The translations under genes were made by a program, and so were the position numbers. A stretch of DNA of 64,000 nt. Source: Alloiococcus sp. GTDB taxonomy: Bacteria; Bacillota; Bacilli; Lactobacillales; Carnobacteriaceae_A. Below, one piece after another: positions 31,164 through 41,061 of this stretch. The stretch lies in the NCBI GenBank assembly GCA_035301245.1, contig DATGUS010000072.1, forward strand, positions 54,053-118,052. The letters are read 5' to 3'. A model generated the notes under the pieces. The model saw only the letters and a list, made by a program, of their open reading frames with translations, searched no databases and had not been told where the DNA came from. How positions within the stretch are numbered: position 1 is the stretch's first letter; every line of letters begins with the position of its first letter.

Positions 31164-32747
31164 TTATAGTAAAGACTTTAATTCGATGTCAGGATATTTA
31201 TCGCTGAACCAACGCATTGCAAACTCATTTTCGAATAAGAACAATGGTTGATCGAAACGATCCTTCACTAACATATTACGGCTGGTACTCATTTTTTCAT
31301 CTAATTGGTCTGGATCAATCCATCGAGCAATACGGCTGCCAATTGGTTTCATTGTAATTTCAGAGTTGTATTCGTGCTTCATACGGTGCTCTAAGACCTC
31401 AAATTGAAGTTGACCAACTGCTCCGACAATATAATCATTTGTATGATAAGTCTTATACAGTTGAATCGCTCCTTCTTGAAGCAATTGCTCAATCCCTTTG
31501 TGGAAAGATTTTTGTTTCATCACGTTTTTAGGATCCACTCTCATAAATAATTCCGGTGTAAACTGAGGCAGATCTGGAAATTCAATTTCTTCTTTTCCAG
31601 AATAGATAGTATCGCCAATTTGGAAAGTACCTGTATCATACAATCCAATAATATCACCTGCTACAGCTGATGTTACCGTCTCACGGTCTTCTGCTAAAAA
31701 TGTTGTAGAGTTCGTTAACTTCATATCTTTATCTTCTCTAGTTAACGTCACATTCATACCCTTTTCAAATTCTCCAGAACAAATTCTTAAAAAAGCAATT
31801 CGGTCACGGTGTTTCGGATCCATATTAGCTTGAATTTTAAAGACAAATCCTGAGAAGTTTGAATCTGTTGGCTTAACAACGTGTTCGTGCTTATCTTTTT
31901 GAGTACTTGGACTTGGTGCATATTTAATAAAAGCATCTAAAAACGTTTGGACACCGAAATTTGTTAACGCTGAACCAAAGAATACAGGAGTCAATTCCCC
32001 TTTAGCAATCAGCTCTTCAGAGAACTGATTGCCAGCTTCTTTAAGTAATAAAGCTTCTTCTAAAGTCTGATCATACTGAGCATCTTTTTTAATCGGATGA
32101 TTTCCTACAATTTCGCCATCTTCATCTAACTCTAAAAATCCAGAATTATCTTCATAATTTTCGGGATCATGGACTTCAATACGATGATTATAAATATCAT
32201 AAAGTCCCAGTAAGTTCCTTCCAGATCCCATTGGCCAGTTCATCGCGTAGGCATCAATTTCTAAAACTTCTTCTAACTCTTCAACTAAATCAAGAGGTTC
32301 TCTACCATCTCGATCAAGCTTATTCATAAATGTAAAAATAGGGATACCACGCATACGACAAACTTTAAATAGCTTTTTCGTCTGTGCTTCAATCCCCTTT
32401 GTACTATCAACAACCATGACTGCAGCATCTACAGCCATTAAAGTACGGTACGTATCTTCTGAGAAATCTTCGTGTCCTGGTGTGTCTAAAATATTGATAC
32501 GTTTTCCTTTGTAATCAAACTGCATCACTGAACTAGTTACCGAAATCCCACGCTGTTTTTCAATTTCCATCCAGTCTGAAGTTGCAAATTTACCAGTTTT
32601 TTTCGCTTTTACGGTTCCCGCTTGTCTGATAGCACCTCCAAATAATAACATTTGTTCAGTAATTGTTGTTTTCCCCGCATCCGGGTGCGAAATAATCGCG
32701 AATGTTTTTCTTTTATTAACGGCTTCTTTTGTGTTAAATTTTGTCAT
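31164..32747 (-). CDS. prfC: Peptide chain release factor 3
   Basis: [28 protein letters not shown]. Confidence 0.98.
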   Translation of the reverse strand: MTKFNTKEAVNKRKTFAIISHPDAGKTTITEQMLLFGGAIRQAGTVKAKKTGKFATSDWMEIEKQRGISVTSSVMQFDYKGKRINILDTPGHEDFSEDTYRTLMAVDAAVMVVDSTKGIEAQTKKLFKVCRMRGIPIFTFMNKLDRDGREPLDLVEELEEVLEIDAYAMNWPMGSGRNLLGLYDIYNHRIEVHDPENYEDNSGFLELDEDGEIVGNHPIKKDAQYDQTLEEALLLKEAGNQFSEELIAKGELTPVFFGSALTNFGVQTFLDAFIKYAPSPSTQKDKHEHVVKPTDSNFSGFVFKIQANMDPKHRDRIAFLRICSGEFEKGMNVTLTREDKDMKLTNSTTFLAEDRETVTSAVAGDIIGLYDTGTFQIGDTIYSGKEEIEFPDLPQFTPELFMRVDPKNVMKQKSFHKGIEQLLQEGAIQLYKTYHTNDYIVGAVGQLQFEVLEHRMKHEYNSEITMKPIGSRIARWIDPDQLDEKMSTSRNMLVKDRFDQPLFLFENEFAMRWFSDKYPDIELKSLL

Positions 32748-32847
32748 ACGTTCTCCTTCATTCCATTTTCTAGCATTCTTATCTTACCAATTTAGGTTTA
32801 AGGTCACAAGATATTATTTTGAGTATCTCACTTGGTGGGCTAATTGA

Positions 32848-32876
32848 TTGACATCTATTACATTGTTTTTCATAAT
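32848..32876 (+). promoter_or_regulatory. SigA promoter for the GNAT gene
   Basis: TTGACA-17-CATAAT. Confidence 0.7.
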
Positions 32877-32898
32877 ATTTTATAAAGGAGCGATACCT

Positions 32899-33330
32899 AT
32901 GAATATTGAACAAACTACAAATTTAAAAGATACTATTTATACTGACAGTCTCTTTATTCGAGAAGAAGTCTTTATAAAAGAACAAAATATTCCTAAAGAA
33001 ATTGAAATTGATAATAAAGAAAATCAAGCCACGCACTATACTGGTTACAATAAAGATCAGCCATTGACTACCTTAAGAGTAATTAAAATTAATGATCAAA
33101 CAGCTAAGTTGCAACGTATTGCGACATTAAAAGAATATCGCCATAATGGTTATGCAAAAGCTTTAATTAAATATGTGCTTGCTGATTTAAAAGATCAAGG
33201 GTTTAGAGAAGTCTTGATCGGTGCACAATCTTATAAAATTCCATACTACGAGAAAATTGGCTTTAAAGTTATAAGTGAGGAGTTTATGGAAGCAAACATT
33301 CCACACAAAAAAATGTCTATCACTCTTTAA
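32899..33330 (+). CDS. GNAT acetyltransferase (ElaA/YjcF-like)
   Basis: IREEVFIKEQ, YRHNGYA, YYEKIGF, ANIPH; ATG at 32899 after AAAGGAG. Confidence 0.85.
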   Translation: MNIEQTTNLKDTIYTDSLFIREEVFIKEQNIPKEIEIDNKENQATHYTGYNKDQPLTTLRVIKINDQTAKLQRIATLKEYRHNGYAKALIKYVLADLKDQGFREVLIGAQSYKIPYYEKIGFKVISEEFMEANIPHKKMSITL

Positions 33331-34195
33331 TTAAAGCTTCGATATCTTTAGGTAGTGGAACTTGCAGACTAATTTCATCTTTCGTTATCGGGTGTTCAAA
33401 TGTGAGTTCATAACAATGCAATGCTTGACGATTAATCCTTGTCGTACTGCCACCATATAAGTCATCACCTGCTAATGGATGATTAATGTAAGAAAAGTGA
33501 ACACGAATCTGATGCGTACGTCCCGTCAGTAATTCGATATCAATATAAGTAAATTCTGGAAGTTTTTTAATTATTGAATATTTAGTAAGAGCTGGTTTAC
33601 CTTCAGGTAGGACAGCTCTTTTTATAATGGATCCTGGTGCTCTAGCGATCGGATAATCTATGATATCTTTTTTGACATTCAGATCTCCTTCAACAACTGC
33701 TTTATAGCGTTTTTTCATTGTTGTCTTCGAAAACAGATGATGGATATATCCTGACTTAGCATAAATAATCACTCCGCTTGTATCCTTATCTAACCGACTG
33801 ACCGGATGAATCGCCGTATTTTGAAAGTTATTTTTCTCAAAATACCACAGTAGAAAATTAGCCATTGTGTGCTCCTTATTTTGATGTGATGGTAATGAAG
33901 GTATATTTGCTGGCTTATTCAAAGCGATAAAATAATCATCTTCATAAAGGATGTTTAACTTACCTTCAGTGGCTTTTATATGGCTACTTGCTTTTTTATC
34001 AGGCAATTTAAAAGTAACTAAATCACCTTCTTGCAATGACTTAGTTACTTTTTCTGGTTCATTATTTACTAAAATTGAATTTGGTCTCCCTTTAACTGAT
34101 TTCAATAAGCTTCTAGAAATAGCTTTACTTTTTAAAAAGTCTTTTAATATCAGACTATCTTGGTCCGATGCTCTAACTATCCAGGTCAAATTCAT
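33320..34195 (-). CDS. RluA family pseudouridine synthase (YjbO-like)
   Basis: SRLDKDTSG, TGRTHQIRVH, RQALH. Confidence 0.92.
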   Translation of the reverse strand: MNLTWIVRASDQDSLILKDFLKSKAISRSLLKSVKGRPNSILVNNEPEKVTKSLQEGDLVTFKLPDKKASSHIKATEGKLNILYEDDYFIALNKPANIPSLPSHQNKEHTMANFLLWYFEKNNFQNTAIHPVSRLDKDTSGVIIYAKSGYIHHLFSKTTMKKRYKAVVEGDLNVKKDIIDYPIARAPGSIIKRAVLPEGKPALTKYSIIKKLPEFTYIDIELLTGRTHQIRVHFSYINHPLAGDDLYGGSTTRINRQALHCYELTFEHPITKDEISLQVPLPKDIEALIKE

Positions 34196-34997
34196 TGTGT
34201 CGCTTCACTCCCAAAAAAGCATTCTCTACTCGATCCCAGAAGTGTGTGTGATCATAACGTGCAAAACTAATGCGTTCATCGGCAATTCGTAATTTTACTT
34301 CTTCAACATTCTTTTCTTTTGCTGATAATTGGTCGACTGATAAAGATATCGTTGATGTATTCATCGGCTTCAGTGTAATCCATTCATCCGGTGCAATAAC
34401 TATCGGCGAACTTAATGTACGGAAAACACGATTGTTTAAACTCGCAATTTCGGTCACTTGAAGTGCTTCTAGTCTCGGATGCAGTACTGCGCCACCAACT
34501 GATTTATTATACCCGGTTGAACCAGTTGGTGTAGAAATACATAGCCCATCACCACGAAACCGCTCAAATAATTCATCTTGAATATAAACATCACACACCA
34601 ATGTTCCATTTGTATAACGTAAAATGGATTCATTTAAAGCTAAGTAATGCTTTTCTTCATCTTTATTTTTATATTTAATAATCACATCTAAGAGTGGATA
34701 TTGAACGGCCTCTTCATTATCGTTAACCATTTGTTTCACTAATTCATTTAAATTATATTCACGCCAATCCGTATAAAAACCTAAGTGACCTGTGTGAACA
34801 CCAATAAATCTTACTTTATCTAAAATATGTGCATAACGATGGAACGCTGAGAGTAATGTACCGTCCCCACCAACAGATATAACAATTTCAGGCAATAATG
34901 GATCAATCACCATATTCTCTTCAATCAATAATTCTCTTAAACGATTAGAAACTTGAATCGATTTTTCACTGTGATTATTAATAATGACAACTCGCAT
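34173..34997 (-). CDS. nadK: NAD kinase
   Basis: GGDGT, GHLGF, NE, STPTGSTGY. Confidence 0.95.
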   Translation of the reverse strand: MRVVIINNHSEKSIQVSNRLRELLIEENMVIDPLLPEIVISVGGDGTLLSAFHRYAHILDKVRFIGVHTGHLGFYTDWREYNLNELVKQMVNDNEEAVQYPLLDVIIKYKNKDEEKHYLALNESILRYTNGTLVCDVYIQDELFERFRGDGLCISTPTGSTGYNKSVGGAVLHPRLEALQVTEIASLNNRVFRTLSSPIVIAPDEWITLKPMNTSTISLSVDQLSAKEKNVEEVKLRIADERISFARYDHTHFWDRVENAFLGVKRHNEFDLDS

Positions 34998-35020
34998 AAT
35001 AAACTCCTATAAGATTATTC

Positions 35021-35635
35021 TTAGTGATCTTGTTCCTGCTCACTGATATCCATAATTTCATTTCGAATAGATGACATTTCTTCATCTAACTGATAGACCG
35101 CTTTGGCCGTCTTTTGAAGACGACGTTTCAATTCTATTGGATAATCACCTTTGTATTTATAATTCAAAGAGTGCTCAATTGACGCCCAAAAATTCATCGC
35201 TAAGGTTCTCACCTGAATCTCAACTAACACCTCATATTTTTGGTCAATCACATCCACTGGATATTTACATACCAAGTGATAGGAACGGTAACCACTTTCT
35301 TTAATATGAGAGATGTAATCTTTTTCGTAGATAATTTCAAGATCTTCACGCTTTCTCATTAATTCAACGACTTCTTGAACATCTTCCACAAAAGGACACA
35401 TAATTCTTAAGCCAGCAATATCTTCCATCTCTTCTTCTAAATTTTCCATTGCAATTTTTCGTATTTTTGATTTTTGAATAATACTTTCAACAGGTTTCAA
35501 TCGACCTGTCACGAATTCAATCGGACTTGCTTCCCCACGCAGACGATACATTTCCCGCTGACCTTTTAACTTCACTTTTAATTCATCTAATGCTAATTTA
35601 TATGGAAATAAAAACAAATCCCAATCTGATCTCAT
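35021..35635 (-). CDS. relQ: Small alarmone synthetase RelQ (YjbM)
   Basis: PIEFVTGRLK, DIAGLR, SGYRSYH, EIQVRT; ATG at 35635. Confidence 0.92.
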   Translation of the reverse strand: MRSDWDLFLFPYKLALDELKVKLKGQREMYRLRGEASPIEFVTGRLKPVESIIQKSKIRKIAMENLEEEMEDIAGLRIMCPFVEDVQEVVELMRKREDLEIIYEKDYISHIKESGYRSYHLVCKYPVDVIDQKYEVLVEIQVRTLAMNFWASIEHSLNYKYKGDYPIELKRRLQKTAKAVYQLDEEMSSIRNEIMDISEQEQDH

Positions 35636-35715
35636 TACTAAAACCTCATTACTTGTTTTTGTCATTATTAATTGTATCATTAAACTGTGATGAAACATAG
35701 AAAAGGGGTTAAATA

Positions 35716-36294
35716 ATGAGTCAAGAACTAGAAATTGAATTTAAAAACTTATTAACAAAAAAAGAATACCATGAATTATTTGATGCATTTAACTTTGAAA
35801 ACATTGAACCTATTGTTCAGGAAAATTTTTATTTTGATACGGCGGATATGGCGATTCGTCAAAAGCATGCAGCATTAAGAATTAGAACAAAAGATAATTC
35901 TGCCAAAATCACATTAAAAACACCACAAGATGGTCACTTACTCGAAACAAACGAGACCATTCCACTAAAAAAAGCAAAGTCAATCATCCAAAAAGGGGCA
36001 TTTACCCCACCAAAATCAATCTTAAACCAGTTAAGTAAAGAACAAGTCACTGTTGAAAAATTACAATTAATTGGTTCACTAAAAACAAAGCGTGTCGAAA
36101 AAGAGTATCATGGCGCCTTACTTGTTCTTGATCAAAGTTGGTACGGGGATACGGTTGATTTTGAATTAGAGCTAGAAGCTTGTGACCATGACTTTGGAGA
36201 AGAGTTATTCTATAATATACTTCTTAACCACAAAATACCTAAACGCGACACACCAAATAAGATTGCTCGTGCTCTTAACTACGATCCTTCTTGA
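35716..36294 (+). CDS. CYTH domain protein (YjbK)
   Basis: EIEFK, NFYFDT, ALRIR, ELELE, NKIAR. Confidence 0.88.
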   Translation: MSQELEIEFKNLLTKKEYHELFDAFNFENIEPIVQENFYFDTADMAIRQKHAALRIRTKDNSAKITLKTPQDGHLLETNETIPLKKAKSIIQKGAFTPPKSILNQLSKEQVTVEKLQLIGSLKTKRVEKEYHGALLVLDQSWYGDTVDFELELEACDHDFGEELFYNILLNHKIPKRDTPNKIARALNYDPS

Positions 36295-36319
36295 CGTTAA
36301 GCATATTATTAGGTACTAT
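36291..36319 (+). promoter_or_regulatory. SigA promoter for the yjbH-like gene
   Basis: TTGACG-17-TACTAT. Confidence 0.55.
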
Positions 36320-36382
36320 AAACAATATTTGATAACATAAATATGTGGAAATTGTACTATATAAACAGAAGGTGAATATATT

Positions 36383-36961
36383 TTGAATTCAAAAGAAATG
36401 ATTGAAATTTTTTTGTTTGTTAATCCGTTAGACAAAAATTGTCTAGAAGTGGCAAGATCTGTTTGTCGTTTCCCTAAAAATCGCTCTGAAAAAGTAAATA
36501 TTCGATTAATTACTTACAAGTTGAATAATAGCACGAAAACGACCTTTCAATCTTTTAAAAATACTGCTGTCTTTAATGCTGAATATTTAAGTTGTTTATC
36601 TTTTCAAGCGGCTTCTATGCAAGGTAAGAAAAAAGGAAATCAGTATTTTATAAATCTTCAATCATTGTTATTTGAAAAAAACTATGAATTTAGCGAAAAA
36701 ACAATAATTAAAGCAGCTAAAGAAGCAAATATTGATTTAGAAATTTTTAAAGAAGATTTGTACTCCAACTTGGCAAAAAACTCTTGTCAACGAGATAAGC
36801 AACTAGCCAAAGAGATGGAAGTTAGAACAGTTCCAACATGTATCATCTACTATCACAATCATTCTATGAATAAAACTCGGGTAGAAGATACTATCAGTGA
36901 CTACACACTCCATTATGTGTGTAATACTTGTCACAGTCTCAAAGCTATTGATACAAATTGA
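36383..36961 (+). CDS. yjbH: YjbH/SpxH-like DsbA-family adaptor (short form)
   Basis: EIFLFVNP, AASMQGKKKG, LAKEMEV..VPT; position next to yjbK and pepF. Confidence 0.75.
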   Translation: MNSKEMIEIFLFVNPLDKNCLEVARSVCRFPKNRSEKVNIRLITYKLNNSTKTTFQSFKNTAVFNAEYLSCLSFQAASMQGKKKGNQYFINLQSLLFEKNYEFSEKTIIKAAKEANIDLEIFKEDLYSNLAKNSCQRDKQLAKEMEVRTVPTCIIYYHNHSMNKTRVEDTISDYTLHYVCNTCHSLKAIDTN

Positions 36962-36994
36962 TAAACAACAAAATAATTTAATAAAGCAAAAAGG

Positions 36995-37053
36995 AAAGCT
37001 CTTAGCTTGATTCATCCTTTACCCGGAAAAGGATGAATCAAGCTAAGAGCTTT
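36995..37053. repeat. 26-bp perfect inverted repeat, likely the yjbH terminator
   Basis: AAAGCTCTTAGCTTGATTCATCCTTT-ACCCGGA-AAAGGATGAATCAAGCTAAGAGCTTT then TTATTT. Confidence 0.8.
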
Positions 37054-37084
37054 TTATTTATATCATGACTAAAAATATAAACTA

Positions 37085-37118
37085 AAAGGCGTTAATGATT
37101 TACACCACTAACGCCTTT
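37085..37118 (-). terminator. pepF terminator
   Basis: AAAGGCGTTA...TAACGCCTTT stem. Confidence 0.65.
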
Positions 37119-37173
37119 CCAGTCTAAATATCCTGTAGGGTAAATGAAGCACCTCTAAAAAATTACAAATGAT

Positions 37174-38988
37174 TTATTTTTCAACTTCTTTTAATACTTC
37201 TTCTAATTGATCTAAACGTGATTCAAAGACTTGCATTGCCCGTTGAATATAAGCTTTATCCGTCATATCAACACCTGCTTTTTTCATAATGTCGATTGGA
37301 TAGTCGCTGCGTCCGGCTTTTAGATAAGTCAGGTACGCTTCAAGCGCACCCTCTTCTTCGTTAACAATCTTATCAGCTAGAGCAGTCGCAGCACAAAAGC
37401 CAGTTGCATATTGATACACGTAGTAGCCCATGTAGAAGTGAGGAATGCGTGACCATTCATATTGAATCTGATCATCATTCACCACTGCATCACCATAGTA
37501 ACGATCATTCATTTCTGAATACGTTTCATTTAAATATTGACCTGTTAGTGGTTGACCTTCAGCCGCTGCTGTATGAATTTTATGTTCGAATTCGGCAAAC
37601 TGCGTCTGTCTAAACACAGTACCTTTGAAACCATCTAAATATTGATTTAATACAAACACTTTAGTTAATGGGTCTTTAGCATTTTCTAGCAAGTAATCGG
37701 TTAATATATTTTCATTTGTTGTTGAAGCAATTTCTGCTAAGAAAATTGAGTAGTCCCCATAAACATATGGCTGAGTGGAACGAGTAAAATAACTGTGAAC
37801 ACTATGACCTAATTCATGAACTAATGTGTATAAATTATTTAATGAATCATGCCAATTTAATAGAATATAAGGATTTGTATCATAACCACCTGATGAGTAA
37901 GCGCCACTACGTTTGCCTTTATTTTCAACAACATCAATCCAACGATCATTGAAAGCTTTTTCTAATACCTTTACGTATTCATCACCTAATTTTTCTAACC
38001 CTTTAAATGTGACATCAATCGCTTCTTCATAAGAATAGTTCAGTGATGACTCTCCTGTAATTGGTGTATATAAATCATACATATGCATTTCATCAAGTTC
38101 TAAAACTTTCTTACGTAAAGCCATATAACGATGGAACAATGGTAAGTTCTCATTAACAACTTCAATTAAAGTATCGTGCACAGATTCTGGAATATGATTA
38201 TTTGATAATGCACGGTCTCTAGCAGATGTGTAATTATGAACTTTAGCCAGATAGTTATTCTTCTTCACTTCATTCTGCAGTGTGCTTGCTAAAGTATTGT
38301 TAAAGCTCCTATATACATCATACATTTTTTCAAAGGCTTCTTTACGGACACTACGGTCAGTACTTTCCATTAATTGCCCATATAAACCATGTGATAGCTG
38401 TACTTCTTGGCCATTTTCATTCTTTACAAGTGGGAACTGAATATCAGCATTATTAAGCATTGCGAAAGTCTGTCTACTTCCTGATAACACTTCACTTGCT
38501 GCAGCTAACATCGCTTCTTTGTCAGCACTTAAAACGTGATCACGATTTGCTAATGATTTTTCTATTTCATGACGATACACTTCTAACTTCGGCTCATCAT
38601 TAAAATATTGTTCAATTTTATCATTAGACACACTTAACAATTCAGGTTGAAACCATGATGTTGCTTCTCCTGCTTGGCTTAATAAGCCTCTTGCACGGTC
38701 TTGAAGCGCTTGATAGTCTGAGTTACTTGTATCTTGGTCACTCTTCAAGTGTGCATAGACGTAAACATTTTCTAGTTTACGATGTAAATTTAGAATTGTT
38801 TCTAAAGCTGTTAAAAAGGAAGTTGCTCCATCATCGAGTGTGCCTTTTTTAGAAGCAGCTTCTTTAATAGATGATTGCGCTTCGTCAAAAGCTGCTTCCC
38901 ACTTTTCGTCGGATTCATAAATTGGAGTTAAATCCCATGTTAATTCAACTTTAACCTCTTCACGTTTAGGTAATTCATTCAATGTCAT
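37174..38988 (-). CDS. pepF: Oligoendopeptidase F (M3B)
   Basis: HELGH zinc motif, AEIAST, WSRIPHFY; ATG at 38988. Confidence 0.96.
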   Translation of the reverse strand: MTLNELPKREEVKVELTWDLTPIYESDEKWEAAFDEAQSSIKEAASKKGTLDDGATSFLTALETILNLHRKLENVYVYAHLKSDQDTSNSDYQALQDRARGLLSQAGEATSWFQPELLSVSNDKIEQYFNDEPKLEVYRHEIEKSLANRDHVLSADKEAMLAAASEVLSGSRQTFAMLNNADIQFPLVKNENGQEVQLSHGLYGQLMESTDRSVRKEAFEKMYDVYRSFNNTLASTLQNEVKKNNYLAKVHNYTSARDRALSNNHIPESVHDTLIEVVNENLPLFHRYMALRKKVLELDEMHMYDLYTPITGESSLNYSYEEAIDVTFKGLEKLGDEYVKVLEKAFNDRWIDVVENKGKRSGAYSSGGYDTNPYILLNWHDSLNNLYTLVHELGHSVHSYFTRSTQPYVYGDYSIFLAEIASTTNENILTDYLLENAKDPLTKVFVLNQYLDGFKGTVFRQTQFAEFEHKIHTAAAEGQPLTGQYLNETYSEMNDRYYGDAVVNDDQIQYEWSRIPHFYMGYYVYQYATGFCAATALADKIVNEEEGALEAYLTYLKAGRSDYPIDIMKKAGVDMTDKAYIQRAMQVFESRLDQLEEVLKEVEK

Positions 38989-39049
38989 TAAAAATCCCTC
39001 TCTTTGATTAAACACTTTCTAATGTACTTATCATTTTATCATAATCTAT

Positions 39050-40246
39050 TTAATTTTTCTCAGAATATGAAAACTTCAAACGCTCCATTGTTCGATCGTA
39101 AGAATCCTTCATGCGAATGCGAGTATCTTCTGAAAAATCTGATACATTAGAGTCTGCTGCCGGTAGTATAGTATATTCATATCTTCCGCCTTCAATGGCA
39201 TTTCTTTGAACCCATGTTGGTGTAAAAGAAACATGAGTTAATTCAACGGAATCTGTATCTTTCAGTCTTTCAAAGTCTAAGTGAACAATCACACCATCCT
39301 CAGTCGGTCTAAATGCTTCTCCTAAACTTTCAAAGCGTTGATTAGATAAGAAATTACCAACTGAATAAATTATAAACATCTCATGATCCTCATATGTAAT
39401 CATTTCAGCTTCTTGAATGACATGAGGGTGTGAGCCGATGACTGCGTCCACGCCTAATTCCGCAAATACTTGAGCAAAATGCTTTTGTTCTTCTGATAAT
39501 TCTGAAGTATATTCTTCTCCCCAGTGAGCATAAGCTAAAATAATATCTGGATCAGTCTCTTTCACTGCATTAATTTCTTTTTCAATGATTTCTTCTTCCA
39601 ACAAGTTGATATGTTGGTACATCTCTTCATTAGTAAACCAATTTGTTTCTTGACCATTAACAAAGGAAGTGAAAGCAACTATCGCTACGTCAATACCATT
39701 GATTGTTTCAGTATAAAAACGTTCTGAATCATCATCAATAGATGTTCCAATAGCCGGTAAGCCTTGTTTTTCAATCCACTGAACCGTCTGAACAGCTCCT
39801 TTCACTAAGTTGTCCATACTATGATTATTTGCTGTAACAATCCCATTAAAACCAGCATAATCAAGGCCTTCAATTAATTCTTTTGGAGTGACGAATGATG
39901 GATAACCACTATACTCACTAGATTCAGCACTTAAAGTAGTTTCTAAATTAACAAGGTTTAAATCTGACTCATCAAAAATAGGTTTGACATAATCAAACAT
40001 TTGGTCAAAATTGTATTCTTCTGTTTGATTTGGATCGGCTGCTTTATATATACCGGAATGACCAATGACATCACCCACGGCCGAAACACGAAGCTGTTCA
40101 ACCCCTTCTTCCACCATTTCTTGAGTAGCTTCATTATGACCATTAGATAACTCTTCATTTCCAGTCGGGGCTTCTTCTAGACTACAACCTACTAGAGCAA
40201 TTGAAGCTGTTACTAATATTAAATGCTTCTTTAATAATGACTTCAT
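39050..40246 (-). CDS. CapA/PgsA-family metallophosphoesterase-fold lipoprotein
   Basis: Lipobox LVGC; VGD, NLE, ANNHSMD, HWGEEY, GSHPHV, YSVGNF motifs. Confidence 0.88.
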   Translation of the reverse strand: MKSLLKKHLILVTASIALVGCSLEEAPTGNEELSNGHNEATQEMVEEGVEQLRVSAVGDVIGHSGIYKAADPNQTEEYNFDQMFDYVKPIFDESDLNLVNLETTLSAESSEYSGYPSFVTPKELIEGLDYAGFNGIVTANNHSMDNLVKGAVQTVQWIEKQGLPAIGTSIDDDSERFYTETINGIDVAIVAFTSFVNGQETNWFTNEEMYQHINLLEEEIIEKEINAVKETDPDIILAYAHWGEEYTSELSEEQKHFAQVFAELGVDAVIGSHPHVIQEAEMITYEDHEMFIIYSVGNFLSNQRFESLGEAFRPTEDGVIVHLDFERLKDTDSVELTHVSFTPTWVQRNAIEGGRYEYTILPAADSNVSDFSEDTRIRMKDSYDRTMERLKFSYSEKN

Positions 40247-41001
40247 TCATCTAACTCCTCTTGATTATTTAAAAACTCTTCATAAGTGAGGTTGTTTTCA
40301 TATAAATATGTCGCCAATTCTTCACCAAAATAACGATAGTGCCATGGCTCGTATTGATAACCTGTGATGTCTTCTTTTCCTTCAGGATAGCGCATTACAA
40401 AACCAAATTGATGAGCATTCTGAGATAGCCATTTACCTTCGGGTACATTAATAAACTCTTCTGTCAGCTCATTGTTCACGCTCTCGGCAGTGATATCCAT
40501 TGCTAAACCGGTCTGGTGTTCACTAGTTCCTGGACGAGCACTAAAACGGTCTGCTGTCTCTTGATCATGCGTACTAACATAATTCGAATAAAGATTTTCT
40601 TGCGTTAAGTAAGAACGATACCCTGACCTTGCCTTTAATTCCATACCTTCAGATAGTGCTGCTTCAAACATGTTGGATAACTGCTCTGAAGCTTCTTGTC
40701 TTAATTGTCTAACTTCTGGATTTTCGATAACGTACGATACATCGATCGTTACGAGATCACTTGGAATATAATTTTTATCTAAAGCATGATTTTTATTAGT
40801 TAATACAGTTAATGAATTTGATTCATTTGGATTAACTTCTATATTATTTGCTTTATTCTGATTCTCTACTGATGAGCAGTCATCAGTATTTTGAACAGTT
40901 TCTTTATTTTCTAATTGATTATTTAATTGTTCTTCTTTTGGAGATCCACACGCATATAGAGACATGGTGGCTCCTAATATAAATAAATATTTTGTAAACA
41001 T
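40243..41001 (-). CDS. M15B (VanY/LdcB) zinc carboxypeptidase lipoprotein
   Basis: Lipobox LYAC; SGYRSY, SEHQTGLAMD, EPWHYRY; ATG at 41001 is 9 nt after GGAG. Confidence 0.88.
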   Translation of the reverse strand: MFTKYLFILGATMSLYACGSPKEEQLNNQLENKETVQNTDDCSSVENQNKANNIEVNPNESNSLTVLTNKNHALDKNYIPSDLVTIDVSYVIENPEVRQLRQEASEQLSNMFEAALSEGMELKARSGYRSYLTQENLYSNYVSTHDQETADRFSARPGTSEHQTGLAMDITAESVNNELTEEFINVPEGKWLSQNAHQFGFVMRYPEGKEDITGYQYEPWHYRYFGEELATYLYENNLTYEEFLNNQEELDE

Positions 41002-41061
41002 CTGAATCATCTCCACTATACTATTAAACCATTAAATCCAGCAGATTAAAACCGCTTTTCA

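Noticed and set aside
37090-37156. GAGGTG followed by short open frames downstream of pepF
   Set aside because: No ATG/GTG/TTG at a usable distance; overlaps the pepF terminator; no toxin-like hydrophobic peptide
40243-41001. VanY-like gene as vancomycin resistance
   Set aside because: No vanHAX or vanRS nearby; lipoprotein M15B enzymes are housekeeping LdcB-type peptidases
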